64,000 nucleotides of DNA from Takakia lepidozioides (taxonomy: Eukaryota > Plantae > Bryophyta): positions 51,832,001 through 51,896,000 of the forward strand of contig CM060732.1 in the NCBI GenBank assembly GCA_030704615.1. Direction: 5' to 3'. The notes below the pieces were generated by a model. The model made no database searches and had not been told where the DNA came from. It saw only the letters and a list, made by a program, of their open reading frames with translations. Shown in pieces: positions 24,051-37,700 of the stretch. A program made the translations under genes and the position numbers. Position 1 is the stretch's first letter. Every line of letters begins with the position of its first letter.

Positions 24051-27000
24051 ATGGACGCTGTTGCTCACAGTCTTCCGGCAGGGCATAGCTCTGCTTTTCC
24101 GAGATTTTCTGGAGAGTTTAGCATGTTTGTAAAGGAAGCTACTTCTGTACAGCCATTTCTCGGGACAGCCGCTACGAGACTTTTTCTCGTGAGGTCAAGA
24201 CCACTCTTCCCATTGTGTTTTCATGTTTTCTCTGGGGTAGGCAATGGAGCATTAACCGGACTGCGTTGTATCACAATGAATGCTTCATTGCAGTAGACAT
24301 CTTTACAGTATCTGTAAGGCTTGATGCGGTGTTGTAAGAAGTGATAGAGTCAAGTATATTCTAGTGCTGTAGAGTGGTAGACATTGGATGTCAAGAAAGG
24401 ATTCTTTCGTAGCTAAAACTAAATTCTTCAGAGCTTCTTCTATGGTTGAGTCTTCGCGCTCATGTCGCAAACTAACCTGCACGAATTCCAGGTATTTAGA
24501 CAGACAATGTAAGCACACGTCTCAACTCTTTTACGGCCCAGCATAGTGTCACCATGAACAATTCACGTCCAAATCTTGTTAATTTATCAAGTAGAGCATT
24601 CGAAATTTCATGTGACATGCATTGCAGCGCAAGATAGGACAGACGTAACCAAACGGGCTTGCACAGGTGTAATTGCGAAAGTGGGGCCTATTGTAGCACC
24701 TTGAGAGCAGCATTGGTTTTCCCAAATACCTTACAGTATATAGGTGATCACTGTTAAAGCTTGCCGAGATTCTCATCTGTTTCTTCCATGTCGCCATCCA
24801 CCACCATCAGGTTCTGTTGTTTAACAGCTGTCGAAACTGCAATCAGAAAATTATCAAACTGTATGTGTGATTGACATACCTTCTATCTTTTGAGCCTGCA
24901 GACAAAGTCAGAAAGTTCACATCAACAGGTCATCATTGATGGAAGGGGGAATGGGTCGCCAGAGAGGGCAGCAAGATAGTGCTGTAATACCTTCTGTAAT
25001 TGCAAAGTCACAGATCAATGGTGCACATTTGAGGCGTAGTATGTTATCCATGATGAGTGCCATGATAGCTGCTGCAGCCTCTCCACCAGCAACAGCGGCT
25101 CCCATGCCTATGATGGTTGAAGCAGATCTTCCCAGGTAACCCCTTTGAGGTCTCACTCTTATGTTCAATGTATGATGGGTTATCTATCATTCCTCGCTAG
25201 TGTAGTCATCCTCACATGCTCTTCAGAGATTTTCAGAGATTCTTAAGAGAATTACAATTCTTCTTTGAAATTCAAAGACTTATTCTTTGAATTGTAAGAA
25301 TTGTGAAGAAATTACTCTTTTCCTGTTGATTGTTTTGTTGTACTTACAATGTCTCTCTTGTGCAGGTTTCGTAGGACTTCGAGTGGAGTGAAGATTCAAG
25401 GTAAAGTTTCTTGCTCTCTTAACAGACCAAGAACTTCTCAACTGCATAGCGGGAATCTACTAACACAGGAAAGAGTGCCTGCCATTTACGACTAGAAAGC
25501 TTTTAGCACGCTTTCTGATGGATGAATGCCATCTATGATCACACAAAATGATCATTTGATCAAGTCAATGTGGATTGCCGTAGTCTCTCCCTGGTCTTCA
25601 AGGCGCATACTCATAGGCCTGTATTGTGCCAACATCCGAACTAAAAATGTCCAAATTTTGTAAATCTACAATGTCTAATTGCCCCTTTTGTTGATCAAAA
25701 GTTCTTTCTAAAGAATGTCAAACAGACATACCCCTGGGTGCATCAGAAGAATCTGAGGAGAGAAGGTGGAAACCTTGGGGTTGGACAGGATGGCTTGCTT
25801 TGCAGTGATACTTCTGCGCTGTGGCTGCCTGCGAGCATTAGTATGAGAGCTGAACTTGGGGACTCCTGGTTTTGCTCAGAGGTGGTGGAAGGGGCTGGGC
25901 CTGAGGCGAACAATGGAGATCTTGTGGAATTCAATTATGTATGCCGGCGCTCGAATGGTTACTTTGTCTACAGGTATAAATTATCAGTCATCTCTGAAGG
26001 TGGATGCTTGTCCTGTTGTGCATTAATAATATATTTGCAAATGCTTGCAGGTGCCGTGAGGCATTATGATTTCCCCGGTGAACTTCATTTTCTCAGCTTA
26101 TGTGAATTTGGGATGGTATTGGTGGATATTGGTTGACCCACAACAAACTCTTTTTTTTCTCATTGTGGATTTGTGGGAAACTAATGCAGCACAGTGGATC
26201 AGTTCAATGGAGAAAGCGAGCCTGTGGTGCTGCCACTAGGTGAAGGCAAGGTATGATTTGGGCTTCTCTTCCTCAAATTCTAGTGTAAATTTTTCCAGAG
26301 TTGCAGTTAGACATGTCCTCGCTCTTAGCAGTTGCAGCTGGGGTGTACAATTTTTATCATGCCCTCCTTGCAGACTCCAACTTATCTTAAATGAGATTTT
26401 TAGCTTATTTTCATCTCTCTCATTTTCATTGGACAGAGCAGAGTCATTGACTGTTTCATAAATATAATAATGCATATTGGATGCAGATTATTGCTGGCCT
26501 TGAGGAAGTGATAATGGGTATGAAGCCTGGAGGTATGTTAACGGCGAGTTGCTTGTTGTTTTCTTCGTGTCTGAGTGCCATTATGGCTTTTCTTCGCATT
26601 TCTGCTGTACCAGCTACTTATTGTGTGCTATGTTCGCATGTAATATCCTTTGGAGGCTGCCTTCACATTTTTCAGATATTCTGTGGATGTAACATGATGA
26701 CGCGAAGTAGTTGTCTTTGGATCAGGAAAGAGGAGGGCACTTGTACCACCGGCAGTTGGCTATGTCGATACCTCTCTGGAGCCCCAACCTCATGAGGTAT
26801 GTGTGCTTGTTGGGGCTTGTGAAAAGGAAGGATAGGAACTTGCAACACAAGAAAATAATTCGTTTGTTTTTTGTGCTTATGTTTCTTTGCTTCTAGTTTT
26901 AGTTTTTCCTCTCTCTGTGCTCAGTGAAGCTCATTTTATAGAGAACTTTGGATAGTGTTTTGAATTAAGTTGTTTCTGCTACCGCATCTACTGTGCAGTG

Positions 27001-27193
27001 GGTCAGTGACCTCCAAAGTCATTTTCGGAGTCTAGGGGATGGGATCGAGTTTGTGTGAATGGGAACTGAAGACACTTTTTGGAGATGTCTCACATGGAAT
27101 GGTGGCGATGTGCAGTTTGGACCCCAAAGGAGCCTCATGTCACATGCTAAGGAGCCCCTTGTATTTGAGGTGCAGTTGCTTAGGATCTGGTGA
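24051..27193 (+). CDS. FKBP16-1: Chloroplast FKBP-type peptidyl-prolyl isomerase, FKBP16-1-like
   Basis: RR twin-arginine plus hydrophobic signal; SGVKIQE-VVEGAGPEANNGDLVEFNYVCRRSNGYFVYS-TVDQFNGESEPVVLPLG; GMKPGG-KRRALVPPAVGY; PLVFEVQLLRIW*. GT-AG exons. Confidence 0.88.
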
Positions 27194-28293
27194 TTCTTTG
27201 TAGGTGGAACTGTTGAATCTGGTAGATGAATTGATCTCTAGTTCGGAAAAGGTGATGGACAACTCATTGTATTGGGTGAGGTACCATTTGGCTTCATTTG
27301 GCTTGACTTGTTTGCATATCTCCAGTTGCTTAGGAATTTGCCATGAAGAATTGGACTAAAATGAGTGTTCCATATGCTGCATTGGAGTAAGCAAAAACAG
27401 CACAAATACCTGCCTGTCTTTGCTGACTGCATGTCTGCCATGAATCAAGTTTAGGTGCTGATCTTACTCCACAGTTCAAGGAGATGATTGTCTCTGGTGA
27501 GAGTGCAACTTCAATTCCCAGCCGTGAGATGAACTGCTGAAAATACAGATTTTGTCTGTCAGCAAATTACTGTTCATCGTATTGCAGTCAGAAGCAAAAT
27601 AAATAATCAGGGGTGCAAGAAGGTAGCAAGTACAACTGAGTGACTCCGCAGCTACTCGGATGTCAGGTTAGCCTGTTATTACTACCTCCACCACAACACC
27701 CTCTTTCTCTCCACCACACACAAACACTCGTTACTGAAACCGGTACTCCTGTTTTTCTTCATCTCTGCCAATTGTGCAGCCAAAAGGTCTAAGGCCCCTG
27801 AATTGGGTGTACCCTTCTTAGGCTACAGCTTTCAGTCCAAGGATCGGAGACGAAGAGCGATGGAAGAATGGAAACTGTAGCGTAACGAAAACCATTCATC
27901 TTCTAGGAAGAGCATCCTAGACCGGATAGGCATGGATCTGAGCCGACCGCTCGGATTGGTTGGACCGTATCCCAATCCAGCGACCCCTGTATAGGGGGTC
28001 CCACGGCCCGAGCGAGATCCTGTCAGAATGGGGAATGTGTCGTGACTCGACCTGCGCACCCATTGAGGTCTCGAAACCTGTGGATAGCGTCCGAAATCTG
28101 GACAGGCCCATTTCTATTATCAATTAACAAACAAATTGGATAAATAGTTTTTGAGAAAACAAGGAGGAGGGAGGGAGAGAGAGACGAGGGGGAGTGTGGA
28201 GAAGAAGAGGAGAGGAGGGGAGATGGGGGAATGATGTGATGGTGCTGCTTTGCGAGCATCGGGAGCTTTTCTAGGGTCTGGGTTGTGCAGGAG

Positions 28294-31200
28294 ATGGCAG
28301 CAACTATGGCATTTCGGCTTGTGCCGTGTTCCTCTTCCTCACAGCTAAGCCTGACTTGTTCAGATGGAAACAGGGCGCTTTCCCGGCCCCTGTTTGCGAG
28401 AAGAAGAGTACTGCAGCTGGAGAGGCAGCGCCGATTTGTTTTGGTGCGCGCTTCCAAAGGATTCTCAGATTCCCGGAACGCTGAGAAAGGCAGGGGAGAG
28501 CAGGCGGACGCAAGCCAATGCGGACTCTCGAGGAGAGCTTTGGTGGCGCTCATAGCCCTCTGTACCCAGGCGTTTCCTGCATCGATTTCCGGGGCCGAAA
28601 CTAATGGTACTCTCCCTTCCCACTCCTTCCCTTCAATTTGTTTGTCTCCTCAACCCTTCCCGCACTTCCGTCTAGTTTGTGTTCAATTCGTATAATATTC
28701 TTACCGGTTTTGGACTATTGTGAGTCTCTGGAGCAACCGGTCAGTATTCTAGTTGAGGCTACAAATTTTTCGTGGACCAAATAGGAAGCGGTTGCTGGTA
28801 ATGCTATCCGCCGTGTTTGTAGTGAGCCTCCTGTCAAGTTTCACATTTCAGAAAATACAGGTTGGGTACCTTCCATATCGTGCCAGTCCGTTAGTCACCT
28901 CGGTGGTACTATGTAGCATATATCCTCATATTTTCGAGTTGTGGAAGCCTGAAAATGCCTGTGAATGCCTGCGCTAACCTTATGTAGTAGCTACTAGCAA
29001 ACTGATGAACTTTCAGTAATTCGCAGAAGAAAGCTTTTTTAGTGGAATCCTCATCAATGTTGATGTTGGCTTGTAACTATTGTACACTGTCTAAGTACAT
29101 GATAGACATGCTTGGCCTGAAAAAGTTGTGGTCACTTGGCAACCCACAAACCTTCTTCAGGTGTTTTAGAAAGGAGAGAGAGAGAAGGAAGAGATCATAA
29201 TCTTGGGGACCTGTTACCTATCTGGCTGTGGTGCTCCAATGCGCTAAATCTACAGAAGGAAGTGTTCCATGCATCTTTCAACAGTTTCTCCTCCTAAAAT
29301 TTATTGATGTTGAGGGCCATTTGCAAACACTGTAGAGTCGGAGAGGATGAGGCTGGATATGTTACGTGTGCTTCAGCAACGACGCAAGAACATCTCCACT
29401 GTTGTGGAGGAATTTCCTCTTAAGGAACCTCCCACATCACCTCCGGCTATTGTTGAGACACCTAGCCAGGTGCCCACTGTAGCCGTGGAGGCCCCTACTC
29501 CTCCCCTTCCTCCCACAACTGTAAGAGAGGTCGTGAAGGAAGCTCTTTCCATCCCGCCTGAGTCTGGGACTGCTGCTGTGATTGAAGCTGGTGCGCCCCA
29601 GGATGTTGCAGTGGACCAAAAAGCGAACCTGACAGAGCCAGGAGCAGCAGTGGCAGAGGTGATCAATTTATCTCTGGCCCCGGCATGTCTCTCCTCCTCC
29701 TGCCTACCTTCTCCTCTCTGTTCCCAAAGCTGCATTCTCCTTGCCTTTCAAATTCCTTCTTTGCACTGTGTGCCAAGTTTGAGTCAGGAATGTATTAAAA
29801 AGTTTTGAATCTTCTCAAGTCCACATAGATTGACTGGCAGGGCCCATGTACATGGTTTTCACAGGTGGCAGGAGGCAATGATCCACTGAGCTTGTTGAAC
29901 TCTGTTGGAGTTGTGGGAGGTGGTGCGGCGGGAGTATTCTACTGGCTTGAGCGTCAAGCCAAGTCAGCCTCTAACTCTGCGTTGGAAGATGTAAGATCCC
30001 CAAAGGTTGATGTGAGATTTGGAAAATGCAATCATATATCTGTATATATGTCCTATCAGGCATTGTCACCATTTGCATGTAACAGTACGTAATCCTGTGC
30101 ATGGAGAAACGTGTACATATATAGGGCAGTTTACTTTCTCTAATCTGGTGTCCATGTGTGCACTGGGCAAAGTATGCATTCACACAGTGCAGTATATGCA
30201 TGTACTCTGAACTCCTTTTAAGATTTATGAGCTTGATGGCAAAACAGTCAGCTCCTTTAAGTAAGTGTTCGTTGTCTCAAAAATGTCGGGGACAGCATGT
30301 AGATTGCTGGTTTCACTTTATGCACAGAAATATATGACTTAAACTCAGGCAGGAAGGAAGTTCTGAGTGATTTCTTTTTTGTGGGCTGCTACTTATCCTG
30401 TTGCTGATTGTTGCTCTCTGTCTGTAGGCAAAGTCAAAGCTGAAGAAGACTGAAGATGCCATGGCGTCTCTGAGAAAAAGCCTGGAGGCAAACATTCTCA
30501 CAGGTAAGGCATTAAACGGAGCAGTCAATTTGTTGTTGGTCTGGTTACTGCTGCCGGCACTTTGCAATTGAGTCGCTTGAAAGAATTATTTGGATTGTCT
30601 CAGAGAGGGAGCAAGCATTGAAGCAGGCAGACAAAGCCCAGCAGGATCGCGCAGCCCTGTCCACCGAGGTGGCCTCTGTCAATGCCTTGGCAAATGAGTT
30701 GCAGGATAAGCTGACCAGTGAGAAAGACGCTGCTGGAGACCAGGAAAAGAGGATAGAGAGATTACAGGCCGCACTCCAGGATGCAGAGCTGAGCTACAAC
30801 TCACTGGAGGAGAGGTTTGGAAAGGAACAGAGCCATGCAGAAGGCCTTGAGGAGGAGCGTCAGGTCCTTGATTTGCAAATCAAAGAGAGAGAAAAGGAGA
30901 TTACTGCATTGAGTGCAACAATCAAAGAAAAAGAACAAACAGCTGTGAAGCTTTCATCGCAGCTCAGGGGTACAACGGATGCGCTTTCTGGGGCGGAGAA
31001 CAAGGTGCATGATCTGAAGCATGAGCTCACAGTGCAAATCAAAGAGAGAGAAAAGGAGATTACTGCATTGAGTGCAACAATCAAAGAAAAAGAACAAACA
31101 GCTGTGAAGCTTTCATCGCAGCTCAGGGGTACAATGGATGCGCTTTCTGGGGCGGAGAACAAGCTGCAAGATCTGGAGCATGAGCTCAAAGTGGCTGGAG

Positions 31201-34117
31201 CAAGCCTCACAGAGAAAGAGGGCATTGTCAAGGACGTGACCAGAAAACTTGCAGCTGCAGATGCAAAAGAGGAAGAAATGAAGAGAGAGATAAGTGGCCT
31301 CCATGGTGACCTGAACTTTCTGAACCAATCTCTGAAGGCAGAGCAAGAGAACAAGGAGAGACTCGAAAAAGAACTGACACAAACATCACAGGCGTTAGAG
31401 AGGGCTTCAATGGAAGCTACGTCGTTGCGTGAAAGCTTGGTAGAGATCTCTCAAGACAAAGAGACTCTTAAGAAACAGATGGCAGAAACCACTGAGCAGC
31501 TTACTAACGAGCTCACAGTGGCAGGCCAATCGTTGGTGTCCAAAGATGAAGAACTGCAGGCCCTGAATCAGTCCTTGAGCAAGGAGGGCACCAAGGTACT
31601 GCACCTCAATAATGAGCTGCAGAGAGTCTCACAGACTTTGGAGGCTACTTTGGGTAAGGTGGCATCTTTGTCTGCGCAATTGGATGATTCAAAGAAGCAA
31701 AGAGCATTACTTGAAAACAATGTGCACAAGACTGAGGAAGCTTTAGAGGCCTCCACACGAAGGGCATCCTCTCTAGGTGAACAGCTGACATCTGCGGCTG
31801 ATTTGAGCAAAAACCTAGAGAAGCAGTCGATCGAGGTCCGGGCAGCTGCAGATACTGCCAATGCAGCTCTTACAGAGGAGAAGAAGGTGACTGCTATCAC
31901 CAAGAACCAGCTGACGATTTCCCAGAAGGCCTTAGTAACAGAGAAAACCACTGTAGAGGCACTAGAGAAGGAGTTATTTGAAATCCGGATAGCTGCTGAT
32001 ACTGCTAATACAGCTCTTGTGGAGGAGAAGAAGGTGACTGCTGCCGCCAAGAACCAGCTGGCAATCTCACAGAAGGCTTTAGTAGCAGAAAAGAACAGTG
32101 TAAAGGCACTGCGAGGGAGTGTGAATCAAGCTCTGGAAGCTCTTCAGGAGTTAAACCAACATTCACTCTCAGCATCCAAAGAGTTGGACAAGGCCAGACG
32201 GAATGTTTCCACCCTGGAGTCCGAGGTTGCTGAACTCCAGGAGAAACTTGCCAAAGAGAGAGAAGCAACGGCGGCACTTCGGTCAGGAGCTGCTCAGGTG
32301 GACACCATGATGGCTGAGCTTACACATGGGAAGCAGTCTGCAAGTAAGAAGGTGGAGAAGCTAGAGGGGGCACTTGCTAATGCCAAAAGGGAAACACAGC
32401 AGCTGAAAGGCAAACTTACAGAGATGAGGCAGGCATTACAGACTGCTGAGTCCCGCCTGGACACCATTCCACAGGTGCGTGCTGAGGCTGCTGTCCTGGT
32501 TGAGCACTATGAGGACTTGGTTTTCTGAGAGAGAGAGCAGAAGGAAGTTTTGTTGCGCCAGGTATGATCTAAGTGGGGTTCGCCTACAGAGCTGTAATTC
32601 ACTAAACCTCCTTACACTTCTATATGAGCATAGAATTAGGTTACATGTAGTAGCTGATCACTTATCTCGGCTCGATTCAGGTGAAGATACCACATTCGGC
32701 AAACACCACCCGTCTCCCCAAGACAGCAATACAAGAAAGAACCACAAAAAAAGGTTTGTCCAAGGTTGTAGATTTTCAAACTTGAATACTCTCTATTTCA
32801 AATTGGTGACTACAATATTGAAAAGGTGAACTTGTGTTTGTGTGGGGACAGAATGAGCAGTTGCTACAACTGGACAGGCACAGTCGTGGTGATCTCTCTG
32901 AAGTCAAGCAGGTATTTCAAGAGGCCACCTAGTTTGAAATTCTGTACCTCATAACTCCAAAACTCACAGGGCAACCTGAATGGAGTTGCCCAAAAAAATT
33001 TGTCGATAACCTTTGGGATCTAGGGGGCTCTCTTCAAGACAGTTTTATGGCTTGAAGAGACGCCGCCAGGGTTACAGGCTGGTCTGCCAGGTCTACAAGC
33101 ATCTGTTACATATGGGGCAAGATGTGCAGAAGAGTCAGCTTTTGAAGTGGACAGCTGAGGTAATTCACATGCAAAGTATGCATGCAAGGAGGTCCTACTC
33201 AGTTCTAGGCAGTGTAGCTCCCCACTAAATGATGAAGTATGAGGGCTAAATGCATAAGTGTAAGGTCTACATTATGGGAAGATGTGACTGCACGCACACC
33301 CATATGTAAGGCACAATCTGTGAATGACTAACTGTATCAATCGGCCAGTCTTATCTTTGTTCCACTATGGTCCGCAAAAACATCCCATGAGCTTGGAAAG
33401 CTTTAGCTAATACTTCCCTGGTACCCCTCCTTCAAACCAGTACAAAGCAAGCTAGATCCAAAGTGGCCAATAAATTGCTGTGCTAAAATAGTCCCCCTTT
33501 CCGTTTGGCATCCTATGAGAGCCAACTCAGAAGGCACCAAGGGCTTTTGAGGGCTGTAGAAATTTCCTGGAGAAGTAGGAGGGCATGACTATCTGGTTAT
33601 CCCTGGTTTCGAGAAAGTTGTCTTTGTAGAACTTGAGAGAGATGGTATTGTCTCTATGTGTGCCCATGTTTTTGCACATGTTCCTTCTGGTCTCTCCCAA
33701 ACCTCACTCCTATCACTGGAAATCTCTGTGAAGCCAACAGACCATACTGGTATTTTGGTTTCAACAGCGTCATCCTCTTTGCAAATGCTGAAAATTTATG
33801 GGTTTTTGTTAGAAAAGATTAATACCCATGTGAGGTTACACACCTTAAGATCTGGACTTGTCAAGTAGCAATGTTCAGTGGTAGTAGTATCCCAATCTTT
33901 TTTTGCTGTATTTGCAAACTGCTGCTGAAGAGAAGGATTGTGATTTTGTGTGGTAATCTTTTTGTTGTGACAGACCCTAGAAGATGGACAGGCAGCCCGA
34001 GCTGAGATGGAAGCGGCACTAGAGTCATTGCAAGAAGCAGTGAAGGAGGCCCCCAACAGCAAGGATCAAGCAACAGCTGACAAGCAACTTCTGGTGACTC
34101 GCAAAGTGGACTCTTAA
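28294..34117 (+). CDS. MFP1: MAR-binding filament-like protein 1 (MFP1)-like plastid coiled-coil protein
   Basis: Transit peptide with SRRALVALIAL, TM segment LLNSVGVVGGGAAGVFYWL, a large coiled-coil exon (~30604-32474), and terminal exons ending at TAA 34115-34117. Confidence 0.78.
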
Positions 34118-34755
34118 GAAAGCATTCTGGCATGGCCAGCACAGAGAGACACAGCTTTGCTGCTTGGCAATTGCATTGTGATGTTAATACCTGGCGACTT
34201 GCTTCATCCCGAACATTGAGAGTTAAGCTTAGGAGATAGAATCAGGTTTGTGGCATGTTCAGGACTCTGCCCTTTCTTATTTACATGAAGTGTATAGAGG
34301 GGGGAATGGCTTTGAATGCCTTTCACCTAATTGAGTTATTGTCTTGTCCTCTGATCTTGCCAATGTAAGATACAAGGCTCCACCCCTAATTGGCCTCTGC
34401 TTCTTCCTAATGTTGTTCAATGCTGCTCTAAAAGGGTCCTCTCTCTCAGCTTTGAAGAGCACCTACTCTTACATTGGATATGATCTGTTTCTCAATATCA
34501 TAGAAGTGTTTTGGTCTGCCCTTGCACTGACGCCCTCGCACTGGTAACACCTGTGGTACCAGTAGACTACCATAGACTGCTTGAGCTCCACCAGCTTTGG
34601 AGTACAGTAAGGCAGTGTAAGGTTTTCACAATATAACAGCAATGAGAAGTTGAGAGCACTAAGCACAGCAACATCCACACATACTTGCAAAGCCGACAAG
34701 GTTGTGTACTCTGACAGTTGGGCTTCAATTTTGGCGCCTGACTGCATAAAGTAAC

Positions 34756-34925
34756 ACACAAACATTCCTTCAAATGATCTCAGTACTCACATACTTACAT
34801 CTGCCAGTGGCCCAGACTGGTCATATGAAGAAACTATTCACTAACACAAACATTCCTTCAAGTGACCTCAGTACTGACATACACCTGCCAATGGCCCAGG
34901 CTGGTCATGCGAAGAAACTATTTAC
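34756..34925. repeat. Two-copy ~88-bp tandem duplication
   Basis: ACACAAACATTCCTTCAARTGAYCTCAGTACT...CTGGTCAT..GAAGAAACTATT occurs twice. Confidence 0.8.
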
Positions 34926-35301
34926 AAATCAAACGCACCAAGATGGATTGAGCACCTTCAACAATATATTAGATATCTACATCTGACTCCACCAGATGAA
35001 GTACTGGGATTGCTAGTCCAGCAAATAAGAACTTCAGCTACTGCTAGACTTGTGGATGTACTATTGCCTTGGCACATATATGATGATGAGAGGTAGCGCA
35101 TATCTTCAGGAAAACACAATTTCACGAAATGGAAGGCTACTAGTCTGTTGTCACTTCAGTCCCTTGCTCGCTGAAGCAGCATTTTGCAAGCAGTTTGGGC
35201 TTTCCCCACCCCCAAGCAACAGAAAGCAACGATGTTCATCACAAAACAGTGCCCGAGACACTACCTCGCAGATCACCAACATATAGTACAGCCCGACAGA
35301 C

Positions 35302-36648
35302 CTATTTCACTAGGCCAAGATTAATCATGCCCCAGTTATCTCTGGCCCACGTTTTGTCCCCGGCATTTTGAAGTAGCACTCGTGCCCAAGCAACCCAGCC
35401 TTCCCAGGTCATGCGCTTATCCCAATTGGTAGCCCACTCCAACAATAGCCTCAATCCCTCGCTGGCCTCCTTCTCAGCAAGCTCAAAATTGCTTTTTGAG
35501 AGATAGATCTGTGCCAGTACCAGGTGTGGCTCGGCAATGAAGGGGTTATGTTCGCAAGCTTTTTTAAGCAAAGGCTCTGCGGACTCCCAAATCTTTTCCT
35601 GGTCTGTTATACATATCGCCTCCCAATACAAGTCCCGAGCCGTGACTTGATCGGATGGGGACAACATCTGCGTGCAATTGTTGAAAACAGAAGGGATCGG
35701 GATATCAATTTCAGAAAAGGGCCTTCGGTTTTTTCCTTTCTCCGATTTCAGCTGTTCCTTTTCCTCTGCTTGTTCCTCTTTTAGTAAGAACAACAGCCCC
35801 ATGCGAGAAATGCCACTCATCCACAGCCCAGGCTTGCACTCCCCAGGCCACAAAGCAGTCCATCCATTGCCTCGAAAGCGATACGTCCCATCCTCATTTC
35901 CGAACAGAATGTCCTGCCAGCCATAGGATTGGTCGATGAAATCCGCCATGGTGAGCACAAGAAAGATGGCAATAAGACGACGCGGCACTAGTACGTCCTC
36001 TCCCGTCGCTATGTGTTTTACTACCAGTCCTTCCGAAGGAATCAGAGGGCTATATGACGCATCTTTGCCATTAACACCGCTCCGTCCTTTCTCTTCAATT
36101 GCCTCAAAATTGCTGCCTAATCTCTCCATTTTCTGCAGCAGATCATGTGTTTCCTTTCCACCTATTTCGTTGGCCTTTTCAAGCTCTATATCCCCCCGCT
36201 CGGCAACTCCACGAAGAGCCGAAACTAATTCTTCATCGCTGAATTTCAAAAGCAGCAAGTCGAAAATGAGCTGCTGTCGCGGGACGATGCAAAACAGATG
36301 GACAAGCTCCTCCGCAGCATCGCCGATCAGATCCCGCACCTTCTGCCTCTCCACGTTAGGCTCAAATATGGCCAAATGCACATAGGAATTGGAATACGAG
36401 GAGTGAAACAGACCACAGAGGGCCACCGAATCCGGCAAACCCCACAACTTGAGGATGCGATACACATGCAGCAAATGCTCATAGAAGGTGCCATGCTTGT
36501 GCCAGCACTCTCCAGCCCCCCTTTTCTGCAACACCGATAGCAGAGAAGGCAGCACAGGATCTATGGATGCAAAATCTTCCCGCAAAAAAAGCTTGGCTTG
36601 CTCCAATCTCCCTTCTCCTCCCCCATTCTCATCTGCAATCCCAGGCAT
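35302..36648 (-). CDS. Intronless DUF6817-like protein with C-terminal TPR-like helices
   Basis: Uninterrupted ~448-aa ORF from the ATG at 36648. Motifs GECWHKHGTFYEHL, GLFHSSYSNSYV, MADF, PFIAEPHLVLAQ, WDKRMTWEGWVAW. Confidence 0.82.
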   Translation of the reverse strand: MPGIADENGGGEGRLEQAKLFLREDFASIDPVLPSLLSVLQKRGAGECWHKHGTFYEHLLHVYRILKLWGLPDSVALCGLFHSSYSNSYVHLAIFEPNVERQKVRDLIGDAAEELVHLFCIVPRQQLIFDLLLLKFSDEELVSALRGVAERGDIELEKANEIGGKETHDLLQKMERLGSNFEAIEEKGRSGVNGKDASYSPLIPSEGLVVKHIATGEDVLVPRRLIAIFLVLTMADFIDQSYGWQDILFGNEDGTYRFRGNGWTALWPGECKPGLWMSGISRMGLLFLLKEEQAEEKEQLKSEKGKNRRPFSEIDIPIPSVFNNCTQMLSPSDQVTARDLYWEAICITDQEKIWESAEPLLKKACEHNPFIAEPHLVLAQIYLSKSNFELAEKEASEGLRLLLEWATNWDKRMTWEGWVAWARVLLQNAGDKTWARDNWGMINLGLVK

Positions 36649-36945
36649 GCTGAACCCAACTCTCCTGCTCCCTTCCCTCCTCTCCAAATCTTCTCTTCTC
36701 TTAACAAAGCCTGTGGATTCTGCAGTCTCTACTCTTGTGTGTCACCCTTGGTCCACAGTGTGGATGGATGAGGCCACCGAACCAACCCAGCTCCGACTCC
36801 AAGTTAACCCAAGCAAATTTCTACCCCTACCCATTGAATATTCATATCTGCCCCAGAATCTGACCGTGTAAGACTTTCAGATAGTCTGACCCCAAAGTTA
36901 AGAGATTCTCAATATATGAGGCAAGGCAGTTTGTTTTGTTTTGTA

Positions 36946-37700
36946 GGGTCGCCCAAACTGCGGGGCACAGCCCTGGTGCTTGGTGCCGTTGGAAAGCTCT
37001 TGATGAGGAGAGGTGCACCGGCTTGGTCTCATATTTTTGGGATCTGCGGTGTGGTGTGTGAGACATGGAAGTTCAAGTACTTTTGGTCATTGGAAATTCG
37101 TGGAAAATAGCAAAGTGGGATTTCCTGGAGCAATGATTGGCCCTTCATTTGTCTTTTGTGCACGTGGACAGAAATATATTTGGTTTTTTTTAAATATTGG
37201 CGTTCACAATATTGTTTGTGGTCACCGTCATTAAGATCTCCCAAACCGCGGGGCCTCAGGCCAGGATTAGTACCATTGGGAAAGCCGATGAATAGGGTGC
37301 ACCGACTTGCGGCCGCTTTACACTAGGGCCCAATCCCAAGAAATCCTGGGCCCAATTTCTACCACTCTTGGGCTGGTCTTGGGCCACCTTCAACAGTCAC
37401 GATCGCACAAAAATAGTCTATTTTAATACCAAACTTCTTGGGCCCAAGAGCTGAGAGTTGGGTCTCCATTCTAGGAGGGTTGCTTTTTCTTGGTCTGGCC
37501 CAAGAAGTTGGGCCAAAACTTGTGCTATGTAGGTGCCATGTAGGCAAATGACCTACTTCTATTTTCTTGGGCTCCATAGTGTAAAGCAGTTGGGCACAAT
37601 TTTCAGGCATCCGCCAGCCAACGGGAATGCTCCATTCTAAAGCGGCCTTTATAGTCTCACAATTTTTGGACCTGCACTGTAGGAGATATGGAATTGCAAG
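36946..37700 (+). repeat. Dispersed repeat family (GGTACCRTTGGAAAG...GGTGCACCGACTTGGT), two partial copies
   Basis: Aligns with 42538-42725. The second copy is split by the MITE at 37311-37647. Confidence 0.7.
37311..37647. mobile_element. Tourist/Harbinger-like MITE nested in the dispersed repeat
   Basis: Short TIR GGCCGCTTTA...TAAAGCGGCC. The host repeat resumes on both sides. The TSD is not clean. Confidence 0.55.

Noticed and set aside
30860-32277. Long antisense ORFs over MFP1 (and similar shadow ORFs over the DUF6817-like and PPR regions)
   Set aside because: Explained by codon bias of the sense-strand genes.
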